Origin: Lytechinus pictus
Lineage: Eukaryota
Assembly: GCF_037042905.1 (NCBI RefSeq)
Contig: NC_087263.1
Span: 4,712,001 to 4,776,000, forward strand
Length of the DNA: 64,000 bases
Direction: 5' to 3'
Made by a program: the position numbers and the translations under genes. Under the pieces are notes generated by a model. It did no database searches, was not told the origin of the DNA, and saw nothing but the letters and a program-made list of their open reading frames with translations. Of this stretch, positions 35,601-48,005 are shown piece after piece; the first letter of the stretch is position 1, and the number at the start of each line of letters is the position of its first letter.

Positions 35601-38600
35601 AGGGTTCAATACTGAATTTTCTTTCATAATATTCTATGAGTATTTGCTCCTTTGTAAAACAATGTGATACAGTCAATATGTGAAGAGGGCTATATAAATT
35701 CTAATATTGTATTGTATTGTATTGTAGGTGTTGATGAGATTTGCAGTATCACCTTGAAGTATCCGGACCACAAGATCGCTACCATGGTAACCAGTATTGC
35801 AGCTGACAGTAACAATGTTGCCAGTATTGTTGGGACCACAGGGAGAATAAATGTAAGTGGTACTTAATTAAGTGCGTCCCAAAGACTCCCAATATAATTG
35901 ATTTAAAGTAAAGTCCACCCCAACAAAAAGTTGATTTGAATAAATAGAGAAAAATCTAACAAGCATAACACTGAAAAATTTCATCAAAATCGGATGTAAA
36001 ATAAGAAAGTTATGACATTTTAAAGTTTCGCATAATTTCACGTAATGCACATCCTGGTTGGTATGCAATTGAGGAGACAGATGACATCATCCAAACAATA
36101 AAAAACAAAAGAAATAGTGAGTGGGGGACATCATCAAATGTCTCATTTGCATGTCAATGAGTTGTGCATATCATTGTTTTGTGAAAATAAGCGAAACTTT
36201 AAAATGTCATAACTTTCTTTTTTTACATCCGAATTTGATGAAAATGTCAGTGTTATGCTTGTTGAATTTTTCTCTTATTATTCAAATGAACGTTTTGTTG
36301 GGGTGGACTTGTCCTTTAAAGACATTTTTTAGAATCAGCACAACCCTTTTAGAATCAGATGTAGTATATGGAAGTTGGTAATTCACAAGTTCTGCAATGG
36401 TGTGCTGACGAGTGAGCTGATGATGTCACACAGACACACACATCCTATTAAACGTGTATTTGGTTTTATAAAATGTAAATTTATTTATTTAATTTGTTTG
36501 GCGTCACCTGTGTCACACACATCCTATTAAACATGTATTTGGTTTTATAAAATCAAAATTTATTTATTCAATTTGTTTGGCATCACCTGTGCCTGGGAGG
36601 CGAAAAGCGATCTGAATCACTATGAACCGCAGGTCTCTCCTCCCGATATAACTGATTGGGGGGAGTGCAGGTGGACCACTACACCGGGGTTTCCCCCTAC
36701 TCTTACACGAATAGTGCAGTGGGTTCTTAACGTGCAAAGGTGGTGACTCTCCTCTACACGGGGCCTCCATTTAACATCCTATCCAAGGGACGGAGTGTTT
36801 TCCATTGTTACATAGACTGCATCTATGAAACATGGGAGAGACGTTTACACACAACGCACTGGCTTCAGTCATCCACCCGTGGTCCAAGTGCTGAAAAGTT
36901 TCAAGATACATTAAGTGTTTAGCTTTATAATTGTTGCAGGTTTTCTTTAAGAGTAGCAGTAGTCACAAGGGCAACTATCAAGAAGATCGTTCAGGATATT
37001 TGCTGTATTTTTGTTTTCTTCAGTTAACAGACAGCTTCCACGCCCTCAGTAAAGTGGAGTTAGTCCGAGGGTTTCCTGCGCCAGGCATGTTTGAGAAAGA
37101 AGTCTTTGAGTTCCCTCTCCCTACCTCTGAACGATCTTTCAATTACCCTGGATCCGTTGGGTTTCAATACCAAGCAAATGCAGTCAAGGAAGCAATAGAT
37201 GAAGGTACTTTTAGCACAATTTTCTTGATTATAAGACTGATTGATTGATTTATTTATTTTATCTCCAGGCAAAAAATAAACATGACTGATACAATAGAAG
37301 CATTACAAGAGAAATATAAAATTGAGCACCAGCCAATGGCTGGAGATCACCTAAAACAATTGAAAATTTGTCGAGAGATTCTGCACATCGGCTGGTGCCT
37401 ACAGAGAATAACGTGAAATAGAAAGAAATGTAAACATGTAGTTATAATCATACTTCTAAATAAATGAACCTTCATTGTAGTATGAAGAGCGAAATAAATG
37501 GTTATCGAATTAAAACAAGGAAGAATTTAACTTGGGTCAAACCAGCAATTAATCATTTATCAAATTAGAAAAAAAGCGGTAGGTCAATTGGTTGAATTTT
37601 GTGAGTTTGAAAGGAAATGATCATATTTCCACAACGCCTTTTTGCCATGAGATACAAATGCCTTGGAGATGTCATCCCTGGTCAGCATAGGATATAAAAT
37701 GTAATAAATTGACAGTATTGTAAGTCAAGTGGATACATTGTACATGATCAGGATATTAGAAAAGGTAGGTCTTCCAAGTCTCGTTCGAATTGGTCCAATG
37801 TTGGTGACAAGTTAAGAAGAGGAGGGAGTTTATTCCACAGCCTTGGAGCTGTAGAGGCAAAAGCCGCATCATGAACTAATTTGTAGATACGGGGTAGAGT
37901 AAAAGTCACTGACGATGAAAGACGAATGTGCCTAGAATGAGAATGAGACATGCTTTTACATACACTGGAGCTCTGCCATTGACTACATTACTTTGAAGAC
38001 CAGGGTGGCATTTCATGAAAGCACCTGTCAGACGTTTTATCCGACAAATCTCATTTTATCCAACAGTTACCTTAGGAACAGTGCCTCTCAGCCAATCAGA
38101 ATCAGGAAAAGACGTCAGATCTGATAACTTGTTGGATGAATATGTTGATGAAACGCTCCCCTGTAGAAGAAGCATGAACTTTGAAGGATACACTTTCCTT
38201 CTTTTGTTCCTCCATTTAATTTCCCTCTTCTCTCCATTTTCACTCTTTTGTCTGCCATATTTTCATCAATTCTTATCCATTAATGGAATCGACTACTTGA
38301 CTTTGACAGTATTCTATGTATTTTCAAAGTTTATCTAAATATTTTACTTATAACAATAATAATAATGATGCTATCCCACATTAATGAATCAGAAATATGC
38401 CTGTAAGTGATTGTTTATTTCGCTGTGACCCCTATCAATGGGGTTAAAATGAGGAATGACGATTTCTAATAGTATTGTGTAAACATGTATGATAAAATGG
38501 TTTTCAGAGAAACTTTCATTGCTACCTGTATGAAAATTTGATGTCTTTATGAAACTCAGTTTTAGGTTGTCTTTGCTTCCAGTTAAACTCAAAATGATAC

Positions 38601-39703
38601 CCCTTTCATGAACCCAATAAAACCCAATTATGCGGCTAATAGCAGCATAATTTGGTCCTAAAATCAGAGGAGGACAAGAGTTATCCGCATTATTCTGATG
38701 CTGCTATTATCCGCATAATAGCGGCATCGGGACAAGATTTTGAGTTTATGAACGTATTTCCAAATAATGCGGATAATTGCCATGGTGCGGTCACAAGGTC
38801 ACCCTTTTCCAACACAACCGCATCGGAGGGGGCGTGTCCAGTTGTCATGACGATTATCCGCCTTTTTCAGGATGGGCGCTCGTAAAAATAATGCAGATAA
38901 TTTTCGGAGTTTGTGAACGCAATTTTTATTGAATTATCCGCATTACTCTTAGGTGGCTAATTGGAGGATAGGTTTTATTGGGTTTATGAAAGTGGTATTA
39001 GAGTATGGGCTCTTAAGTTTGATATTAGGTCCATCTGGAGGTCTTTTAGAGAATATAAACAATATCAATAACAGTACTTGTCAAGGCATTTTTCAACATT
39101 TGCCACTATCTACCCAGGTGTTGTAAACTGGTACCCAGAAGCAACAAATTCCTTGAATGCTCAAGCACTTGAACAGGGTAGCCATATTAGATCTAGGGTA
39201 ATAAAATGTGCCATTTGAAACGTTGGTTTAAACTTTGTGGCCCAGTGGATTAGTCTTCTGACTTTGAAACAGCTGGTCGTGGGTTTGAATCCCAGCCATG
39301 GCGTTATTTCCTTCAGCAAGGAATTTATCCACATTGTGCTGCACTCAACCCAGGTGAGGTGAATGGGTACCCGGCAGGATTAATTCCTTGAATGCATGAG
39401 CGCTGAAAGGCAGCTCGAGCTAAAGCCGGGGTAATAATAATAATTACATCGCGCCTCGGAATAGAATATTTCTAGATAGATGGCGCTATATTATAAATGC
39501 CTATTATTATTATTATAATAATCAATCTTGGTCAGTTAAAAATGATATTGATTTTTTAATTTCCATTGTTTTTAGGAAGGACAGAGCATCCCCTTCTGAC
39601 CTGGTCAGAAACCTTAGCCATCCACAAGATCATGGACAAACTTAGACACGACGTTGGGTACTACCGACCAGAAGAGGAGAATGAAAAAGAGGGATCAGTA
39701 TAA
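29623..39703 (+). CDS. DHDH: Dimeric dihydrodiol dehydrogenase-like, copy B; complete 7-exon CDS, 348 aa
   Basis: Exons 29623-29821, 30484-30647, 33463-33598, 35051-35164, 35728-35852, 37024-37204 and 39576-39703 total 1047 nt, in frame, all GT-AG. N-terminus MGKLRWGICTAGKIAQDF...AIASRSLERA; KHVLCEKP; MEGLWSRFFP. Exons 2-6 have the same sizes as in copy A. Intron 2 spans an assembly gap. Confidence 0.92.
29907..30135. mobile_element. Left-end fragment of the 16118-16668 MITE family
   Basis: CCCGGAGGGGCCACTTCCATTGACAAGTGGATACCATGCGCGACCAC... is colinear with 16118-16320. Confidence 0.75.
31700..31785. repeat. (AAT/GAT)n microsatellite
   Basis: Imperfect trinucleotide run. Confidence 0.85.
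32471..32605. other. Assembly gap
   Basis: 135 N characters. Confidence 1.
35287..35556 (+). mobile_element. tRNA-derived SINE
   Basis: A box GTGGTCAAGTGG, B box GGTTCGAATCC, body CCAGGTGAGGTAAATGGG shared with 39237-39520, and a (TAT)n tail. Confidence 0.8.
35903..36319. mobile_element. Kolobok-like MITE with TTAA TSD; internally deleted relative of 1577-2183
   Basis: TTAA...AAGTCCACCCCAACAAAA / TTTTGTTGGGGTGGACTTGTCCT|TTAA. Confidence 0.75.
36435..36591. repeat. 79-bp tandem duplication
   Basis: CACACACATCCTATTAAAC...TCACCTGTG at 36435 and 36514. Confidence 0.85.
37748..37951 (-). mobile_element. 3' fragment of an L2/CR1-group LINE ORF2
   Basis: Translation ...AAFASTAPRLWNKLPPLLNLSPTLDQFERDL resembles the conserved AF-x-APRLWNxLP-x-FK C-terminus of these non-LTR retrotransposons. 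Confidence 0.7.
38002..38162. mobile_element. Small MITE, family of 24857-24994, opposite orientation
   Basis: GGGTGGCATTTCATGAAA ... TTGATGAAACGCTCCCC, with core CAGTGCCTCTCAGCCAATCAG. Confidence 0.6.
38598..38997. mobile_element. 400-bp MITE (3-bp TSD, PIF/Harbinger-like), copy 1
   Basis: TIR TACCCCTTTCATRAACCCAATAAAACC. Near-identical to 40794-41193. Flanks TGA/TTA. Confidence 0.85.
39237..39520 (+). mobile_element. tRNA-derived SINE
   Basis: A box GTGGCCCAGTGG, B-box-like GGTTTGAATCC, same body as 35287-35556, (TAT)n tail. Confidence 0.8.
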
Positions 39704-39826
39704 ACTATGGCTTCCTCAGATTGTGATTGATTTCCTCTGTAATCTATAAAGCGGTAAGTGCACCAACAAAATGTGTAATCAGTCCTACTAATAAATATTG
39801 TCTTGGTGCTGGCCTTGGCACTTTTA

Positions 39827-40435
39827 TTAAAGGTGATTCCGACCCAAATAAAAACTTGTTTTAGAGGGGAAAAATTCAGTTAAGTACAGGCCTACATAGG
39901 TGAAAGTTTGAACAATGTCGGACAGACAATAGGAGGGTTATGAATATTTAAAATGTGTAAAAATTGGTGATCTCTATACCCATGGGGATTTCAAATTGGC
40001 CGCATATGTGATGTTACAGTGACATATTACAGGCAAGTACTACTCTTTCATGTACTCCAATACATAAAATGGCTAAAATTTCTTTTTTTTTCCAAAATTT
40101 TTACTTCAAATTTTATTTTTCTTTCATGAGGACATTAAACATAGTGCTACATGGGTTATATTAAGATTAATGCCCCAGGGGAATGGGTACTTAGGAGAAA
40201 ACCAGAAATCCCTGATAATAAAGTACATGGCCTAGGAAAGTTGTCCTTGCCACTTCTCATAATTTACTTAGCCAGTTGCCAATTTGTAATCTCAATTTTC
40301 TTAGGGATCTCAACTTTAAAGCAGCCATATCTTTCTTATTGCTTGTCCGATTTCTTTCACACCTTCACAATTCTATTCATTTATTTCTCTCCTTTACAAC
40401 ACAACAGTTTATGGCCAAGGCTGGATTCCCCTTAA
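39827..40435. mobile_element. Kolobok-like MITE with TTAA flanks downstream of the DHDH-B stop
   Basis: TTAAAGGTGATTCC ... GGATTCCCCTTAA. Homologous to 25425-25891. Confidence 0.65.
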
Positions 40436-40793
40436 CCATTATTATTGTGAATATTGTTTTACTAAAAACATAGGGGGTTCTCCTTATTCTACGACACATG
40501 TCCTAGAATAAGAAGCACCCCCCATCATAATTTTTCAAGTAGAGCTAACACAAAAGAAAATAAAGAGAGGAAGAAAAGGGAAGATGTACACTCTTAAAAC
40601 AACTCAATCAACTTGACTAGACCACTAGTATAGTCAGCTGGGTGCAACTGATATGTCTAGTCACACTTCTGAATTATATTCTAGTCAGAGATAACTCTGT
40701 TCTAGTAAAATATGACTAGAAAATAGTCAAACATGACTAGAGTAATACTTGCACCCAGCTGACCCTATTAACTAGTCATTTTTGACTGATTGA

Positions 40794-41193
40794 TACCCCT
40801 TTCATAAACCCAATAAAACCCAATTATGCGGCTAATAGCAGCATAATTTGGTCGTAAAATCAGAGGAGGACAAGAGTTATCCGCATTATTCTGATGCTGC
40901 TATTATCCGCATAATAGCGGCATCGGGACAAGATTTTGAGTTTATGAACGTATTTCCAAATAATGCGAATAATTGCCATGGTGCGGTCACAAGGTCACCC
41001 TTTTCCAACACAACCGCATCAGAGGGGGCATGTCCAGTTGTCATGACGATTATCCGCCTTTTTCAGGACGGGCGCTCGTAAAAATAATGCGGATAATTTT
41101 CGGAGTTTGTGAACGCAATTTTTATTGAATTATCCGCATTACTCTTAGGCGGCTAATTGGAGGATAGGTTTTATTGGGTTTATGAAAGGGGTA
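40794..41193. mobile_element. 400-bp MITE, copy 2
   Basis: Perfect TIRs TACCCCTTTCATAAACCCAATAAAACC and TSD TGA/TGA. Nested in an older palindromic MITE (~40588-41210). Confidence 0.85.
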
Positions 41194-41785
41194 TGAGATG
41201 TAGGAGAGTAGGGTATAATAAAAAGAGGTCTGTCATGTAACCCTAACCGTGTTGTTCAGTTGACAAGAAGAATGATGTTAACCTTCTAAAGGTCATCTTG
41301 CCTCCCCCATGCCCCGCATCAAATATCCTTGGCATCACTACTATTATGTGGCCTTAAGTTGTTTTCGTGTACATACATGTGTACAAAGGATATGTTCTAT
41401 TTTTCATAATTTGATTCTATACTTATATGCAGCTTTGATGCTTTCACAAAAAGACTGAATACCATGAAAATTATGTGAGAATTGAAAGGGTGGTGAGCTG
41501 AAATTAATTATATAAAGAAAAATATTTTATTATTGTAATGGTAAATATATATATTTTCTAAAATATAATTTCTAATATATTTCATATCTAACAAATATTA
41601 AGTTTGAATTTAAAGGCCTTCTCTGAAATATCTATTCATTCCAGCTTTGTACTTGTCTACATGACAGCAATCTGTGTTTGCTGCAGAAAATTGAATACCT
41701 GTTCAAAATTTGATTTTGAAACCTCTAAAAAAGACCATTGTTTTGGCAAATATTTATGTGAAAATACTGAATCGATTTTGAATCA

Positions 41786-43053
41786 TTTTTGTCTCGCCTG
41801 CATAGCAGAGCGAGACTATAGGCGCCGCTTTTCCGACGGCGACGGCGGCGGCGTCAACATCAAATCTTAACCTAAGGTTAAGTTTTTAAAATGACATTAT
41901 AACTTAGAAAGTATATGGACCTAGTTCATGAAACGTAGACATAAGGTTAATCAAGTATTACTGAACATCCTGCTTGAGTTTCAGGTCACATGACTAAGGT
42001 CAAAGGTCATTTAGGGTCAATGAACTTAGACCATGTTGGGAGAATTATTTTCAAAATCTTAACCGAAGGTTAAGTTTTTGAAATGACATCATAACTTAGA
42101 AAGTATATGGACCTAGTTCATGAAACTTAGGCATAAGGTTGATCAAGTATTAGTGAACATCCTGCTCGAGTTTCAGGTCACATGACCAAGGTCAAAGGTC
42201 ATTTAGGGTCAATGAACTTTGGTCAAGTTTGGGGTATTTGTTGAAGTACTATCATAACTTTGAAAATTTATGGATGTAGTTCATGAAACGTGGACATAAG
42301 GTTAATCAAGTATTAGTGAACATCCTGCCTGAGTTTCAGGTCACATGGCCAAGGTCAAAGGTCATTTAGGGTCAATGAACTTTGGCCAAGTTGGGGGTAT
42401 TTGTTGAATTACCTTCATAACTTTGAAAATTTATGGATCTAGTTCATGAAACTTGGACATTAGGTTAATCAAGTACCACTGAATATCCTGTGCAAGTTTC
42501 AGGTCACATGACCATGGTCAATGGTCATTTAAGGTCAATGAACTTTAGCCGTGTTGGGAGTCTTTGTTAAATTACCATCCTAACTCTGAAGGTTTATGGA
42601 TCTAGTTCATAAAACTTGGACATAAGAGTAATCGAGTATCACTGAACATCCTGTACGAGTTTCAGGTCACATGACCATGGTCAAAGGTCATTTAAGGTCA
42701 ATGAACTTTGGCCGTGTTGGGGGTATTTGTTGAATTACCATCCTAACTCTGAAGTTTATGGATCTATTTCATAAAACTTGGGATATAAGAGTAATCAAGT
42801 ATCACTAAACATCCCCTGTGAGTTTCAGGTCACAAAACCAAGGTCAAAGGTCAGTTAGGGTCAATAAACTTAGGCCATGTTGGGGTAATTGTTGAATTGC
42901 CATCACAACTTTGAAAGTTTATGGATAGAGTGAATGAAATGTGGACATGGGTGTATTTGACCATATGAATGGTGTTTTTGTGAATGATTATTTTATAGTA
43001 GTTTTCTTAAATTGCGTAATGCAGGCGAGACTGCCAGAGGCGTTCCACTTGTT
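41786..43053 (+). mobile_element. Helentron-type non-autonomous element (HINE family 1) with six central repeats
   Basis: Same termini and repeat spacing (192, then 163 x4) as 21794-23131, with small deletions in the 3' core. Confidence 0.85.
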
Positions 43054-43522
43054 GTAGTATTGATTCCAAATAAGGAATATGTATTATTCAAACATTAGTG
43101 TCTATAAATGGTATACAAATAGCTGTGAAAATCAAAAAAATATGTGGATCATCTTTTATAACTTTTGCTTTTGATTCTTGAATGATTGTTATGTCATACA
43201 TGTAGCTGTGATATTTTACAATCTAAATTATTAAAATATTACCCTGTACTTGTTTACCATCGACTAACTTGTACTAATCATGTTATTGTATGTAATTTTG
43301 TTTAATTGCATGTATGTTTTGTGCAATGTGATACTGGAGATTTTTTTAATAAACTTTTCCAAACAATCCTGAATTAGGGTCCTGTGTGGATAAGAAAACT
43401 CCTGAGGTCCCGGCAAATTTTTTGGCACTCTAACTTAATTTAGGGAGTTACTTTTTTTACTGGCTTTCCATGCCCAAATCCTACAAATCCTAAGGGCTCA
43501 AAACCCTAACCCAATACCATGC

Positions 43523-43918
43523 TTAAAGAATTGAGTATATGAATATAAACAAGGCCCAAGTCCATAGGAGGTCATTTTGAAAAAAAAATTTATGAACATT
43601 AATATTCATGTAACTTGTGGTCGGGCCTTTTGTCTGGTGGACTTGGGTCGTTTTTAGAATCATATGGACTTGGGTCATTCTTACATTCATATACATGTTA
43701 GACTTCTGTAGTATGTAGTAGAAGTAATGAGAGAGGGCGCTATGTTATGAATGTAAGATTTTCCTCCTTTTTTCAAGGCATTTCTGAGATCATTTCAGAT
43801 TTATCATTTTGTGCACAAGATGAGTCATTGTATAAGGAACAATTTCCCATATCTAACTCAATTTCGCAAAAAATTGGACTTGGGTCGTTTTTATATTCAG
43901 ATACTCAATTGTCATTAA
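43523..43918. mobile_element. TTAA-flanked MITE
   Basis: TTAAAGAATTGAGTATATGAATATAAAC..CCCAAGTCCA / TGGACTTGGGTCGTTTTTATATTCAGATACTCAATTGTCATTAA. Confidence 0.6.
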
Positions 43919-46590
43919 GGCCTATACTCTGAAGTCTGGTTTAACTATACTGTGGTATTGTAAAGTCTGCACTGAAAGTTTTGGAAGTATGAAAGTACCA
44001 AAAGATATTACACTGCATGTTCTTGTCTTTTCTGGGTACTTTTCAAAAGCTTTAATTGTTATATAACTTTGAATTTATATTTTAAAAGAGTTTATGATTT
44101 TTGTGCTAAATGTGATGATTAATCATTTATCTAGAGAAATTAAGAATTTTGTTGCATTTGCATGACTGCCCGTATTAAAAACATAAAGATGAATTGTGTC
44201 TTAAAGTTAAAATCTGAGTTCAGAATACAAGCCTAAGAATCTAGAACAAGCACACTTCGTCCCTTGCATGAGTGGATGTTTAGGCCTAAAACTTGGTTAT
44301 GATGCTGCCTTATTTTGAGATCACTTGAAAATTTATGATGAAATAATTATGATGCAAATACTATGTTGTTATACTTTATGATTTTAAATTATGTGTTCCT
44401 AAAAGCTCATTTTTTTTTGCACAGGAAAATGTTAAATGATCCTGTCCCTCAAATGAGCGATAATGACATTTCAAAATAAATTGCCTTCATGTATCTTTTT
44501 AATTATCATTAATTGTGGTGCATTTCCAATGGTTTATTTTTGTGTAGTATTTATTATTTTCTTTCTGAAAATACATGAATTATCTTAAGCTCACAAAAAT
44601 TTAATCATAACAATAATAATTGTGTTTTATTGCTAGGATTTTTAAAATAACATGTTCAGTCCCATTTATTTGAAAAAAGTTCGCTATTAAAGAAATGTGA
44701 ATAAATAATTCGCACACATGCCCACATTTTTATATCCTCACTCTGGTCGCATTCTCTCCATGACGTTAATATTAGATTCACACTCACACACTCCCTCACA
44801 CTTGCCAATATATATATATATCCTCACTCTGTCCGCATTTTGTCTATGATGATAAGATTCACACACACTCGGTAAAACACCCACACCCACCATTACACGT
44901 ACCCTCACACCCACTCCCACACGCCTGCCCATATTATATCCTAACCTTGTCCGCATTTTTTACATGATGTGTTTAATTGATGCACAGATACACACCACAC
45001 ACGCAATCCCTCGTGCATATACAACCTCCCCCACACACACCCATGCACGCATGCACCCGTACACAACTACAATACAAAGGTGACATTAGACATTTATTTC
45101 AATTAACTTCAAAACAAACTTTTAAATAAGGCAATGATAGAATTGAAAGAAAACGAAATTAAACGCAAAATACAAACCGATTTCACACGATCCAAGGCTA
45201 TTGTTGGTCAATTAAAATGCATAACCCCAAAGTCAAAATGTACAATAATATCCGGAAGCGTTAACAGTAAATAATTAGAAAATGAAAATTTTATTTAATG
45301 CCCTAGCTTGTGGTGCAACTCATTTTGCCGCTGCACCAGACTACGGGAAAATGTTGAATATGATTTATCTGCAAGCACACTAAATTCCCTATAGAATATA
45401 CTTGATACTTAAAATGTATGTATGCAATTTATGTAACCTTCCGTCATCTTAATAGTTGAATAATTATGTAACGGAAGAATATTGGAACGTGTGGAGTCCG
45501 ACCTTCCATGTTTCCACTGATATTTTTTTTTATCTGATAGAAAAGGAATCAACTTCGATTATTATAATGGATGGTTCCGAAATCTGAGAGAATTATAGTC
45601 AGTAATTTAATGAATTAGGTTGAGAGAATTATTTATATTTAATAATTTTACCATATATTCAAATCTAAGTCGTATATTAATAAGGTCTAGGAATACATGC
45701 TTGCCTTTTGCCCATTCTTGAATGGGCATGTTTGCGAGCAAAAGCCATCTCTACTGAGGCCTATTTAGTTGGCTATCAATTCTGCCAATTTTGTAACACA
45801 TAACCACTGTTTGTTCTTCTCTTCAGAATGTTTCTCTATTCTTGTTTTGATATTTCACCCACCGACGCGCACCCCATCATTCTCATTTCTAATTTCCTGT
45901 AGTCATTACCTCCCATCAACCTGATAATAACTCTTCATTTTTACTCTCCAGCATCGCGGTGTAATTAAACCCTCCTGTCTAACAAACGACAATATGTGTC
46001 TTGTAATGAATAGATAATTGTTTCTGCACAGGGTGATCTTTCATAAAGCTGTTTGCTAGTTAGGCATGAATATACGAACGACTGGTGACCTTTTTTTGTG
46101 GTATATGATTTACCTTAAATTATCATTGGTGTTGGTTGAATCCCCGAGAAAGTGTCACCAGTCGTAAAAATCATGCGTAACATCCTTTATACTGCTTTAT
46201 GAAACTGTATCCATGACAGAAAAATGACGCACATGACTGAGGTGACTTAATTGTTAAGATATGACATTGTAACATTTTGCTCTTAATGATGCACGGAGTC
46301 GACATTTGACATCCGCAATCAGTTACAAGCTCCAACAGGATTAACACCGGCGGTGTTTGACCGGCCGTTTCAAAGCATATATGCTTAAACTTTATTCCAG
46401 GAGCCTACGTCATGGCTCTATCAGTTCCCATGCGGAATGAACAGGATGGCTCCAAATGACGTCTTCGCGGATACATTCGATGACTTCAGATGCGTTTTCA
46501 TCGTCACTTTTGTTTCAAATTGTGTGTGCTCCAGGACCTAGTCCTCGGACCTAAAGGGAAAACGTGAGATTGATCAGAACAATAAGAAAA

Positions 46591-47667
46591 ATGAATTCAT
46601 CCGTGGATCTTGATCAGGAGAATGACTCAATTAGAGTAGAAACAAGAGCCATTGCCATCAGCCTGTCCTTCGGTTTTCTGGCATTCCTTACGCTAATTTC
46701 TAACGTTTTAGTGCTGTTGGTACTTCATCGGGGTCGCAACCATTTCGATGAAGTCATGCGAATTCTGATCCAAATATTAGCGATAACAGATCTAATGGGT
46801 GGCATCCCTGGTTGCCTGTTACAGAGTCTTCACCATTCTTTGAAGCAGTTCGCACCTTCGGCTGTGATCTGCAAACTGGTTCCATTTGTGACAGTAAACC
46901 TGGTGCTCCAGTCGCTCTACATCGTGTGCTTGATCAATATTTACAGACTAGTTTCTGTCTTGCGACCCTTCACGCATCTGCGTTTCCTGACTCCTAAAAC
47001 AGTACGCATCTGTGCAACAATCATGAAGTTTGCTGTGTTCGGATTCGTTCTTCCTCTTGTTCCCTTGAAGGGCATGCCTCTGAATAGCCATTTAGACACG
47101 TATTGCGACCCAATCGTGAACGTCTGGCACCCACCTCCGGACATGCTCCCGAATTTAACCGCATCAGTCGCGGTCACTGTCATTGCATTTGCAATACCGC
47201 TTCTGATACTCACCTATACCAATGCGAGGTTGCTGTTTATCGCTTGTCGGGTAGTGCGTAGGAACGCAAACGTCAAACGATCCCAAACGCTATCCACAGA
47301 CCAAAACCAAACCATTAACCTGGAATCTGGGAACAGTCGGTCAAATCAACAGAATAATCGCATCAAGTATAAGAGCACTGTCCACCCTGCTTCATCTGGC
47401 TTCAAAGGACTGAAGACAGTCATCGTTGTCACGGGATTATTCTATATATCCTGTATCCCTTTTTGCTTTATTGTCACCCGTGCTTTAAAGAACAAGGACT
47501 ACTTGGAATATGATGTTGTCTCCATCTTTTTCCTCATGAGTAATACATGGTGGAATGGACCCGTCTTTATATACACATCTAAGACCTTTAGAAAAGAGGC
47601 GTTCAAACTAAGGAAAGACATGAAACTTTGGTTGAAGGGGAAGTTTATTGGGGTCGGTCATGACTGA
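46591..47667 (+). CDS. Intronless rhodopsin-class (class A) orphan GPCR 1
   Basis: First ATG at 46591 (the ORF track starts at an upstream GTG). Seven hydrophobic segments; TM1 SN, TM2 LAITD, TM3 Cys and YRL, TM6 YISCIP, TM7 NTWWNGPVF, helix-8 SKTFR. Confidence 0.9.
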   Translation: MNSSVDLDQENDSIRVETRAIAISLSFGFLAFLTLISNVLVLLVLHRGRNHFDEVMRILIQILAITDLMGGIPGCLLQSLHHSLKQFAPSAVICKLVPFVTVNLVLQSLYIVCLINIYRLVSVLRPFTHLRFLTPKTVRICATIMKFAVFGFVLPLVPLKGMPLNSHLDTYCDPIVNVWHPPPDMLPNLTASVAVTVIAFAIPLLILTYTNARLLFIACRVVRRNANVKRSQTLSTDQNQTINLESGNSRSNQQNNRIKYKSTVHPASSGFKGLKTVIVVTGLFYISCIPFCFIVTRALKNKDYLEYDVVSIFFLMSNTWWNGPVFIYTSKTFRKEAFKLRKDMKLWLKGKFIGVGHD

Positions 47668-48005
47668 TGTACGTTGGTTCAAGGAGGTTTGAAATGAGAT
47701 GGAGTAAGAGCAAACAAAATTCATTTGAACGAGGTTCAAAGCCGCCAGCAGAAAGTATGTCAGGCATGCACAACATTCATTGCAAATGTGTAGACAAAAT
47801 GATTCCCGCATGACTCCGTAAATATTTATTGGGGTCGGTCATGACTGATGTACGTTGGTTCAAGGAGGTTTGAAATGAGATGGAGTAAGAACAAACAAAA
47901 TTCATTTGAACAAGGTTCAAAGCCGCCAGCAGAAAGTATGTCAAGCATGCACAACATTCATTGCAAATGTGTAGACAAAATGATTCCCGCATGACTCCGT
48001 AAATA
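47644..48005. repeat. 181-bp tandem duplication spanning the GPCR1 stop codon
   Basis: Units 47644-47824 and 47825-48005; three substitutions seen. Confidence 0.9.

Noticed and set aside
38652-41081. Two near-identical 77-aa ORFs
   Set aside because: Both lie wholly inside twin 400-bp MITEs, start at non-ATG codons and show no recognisable domain.
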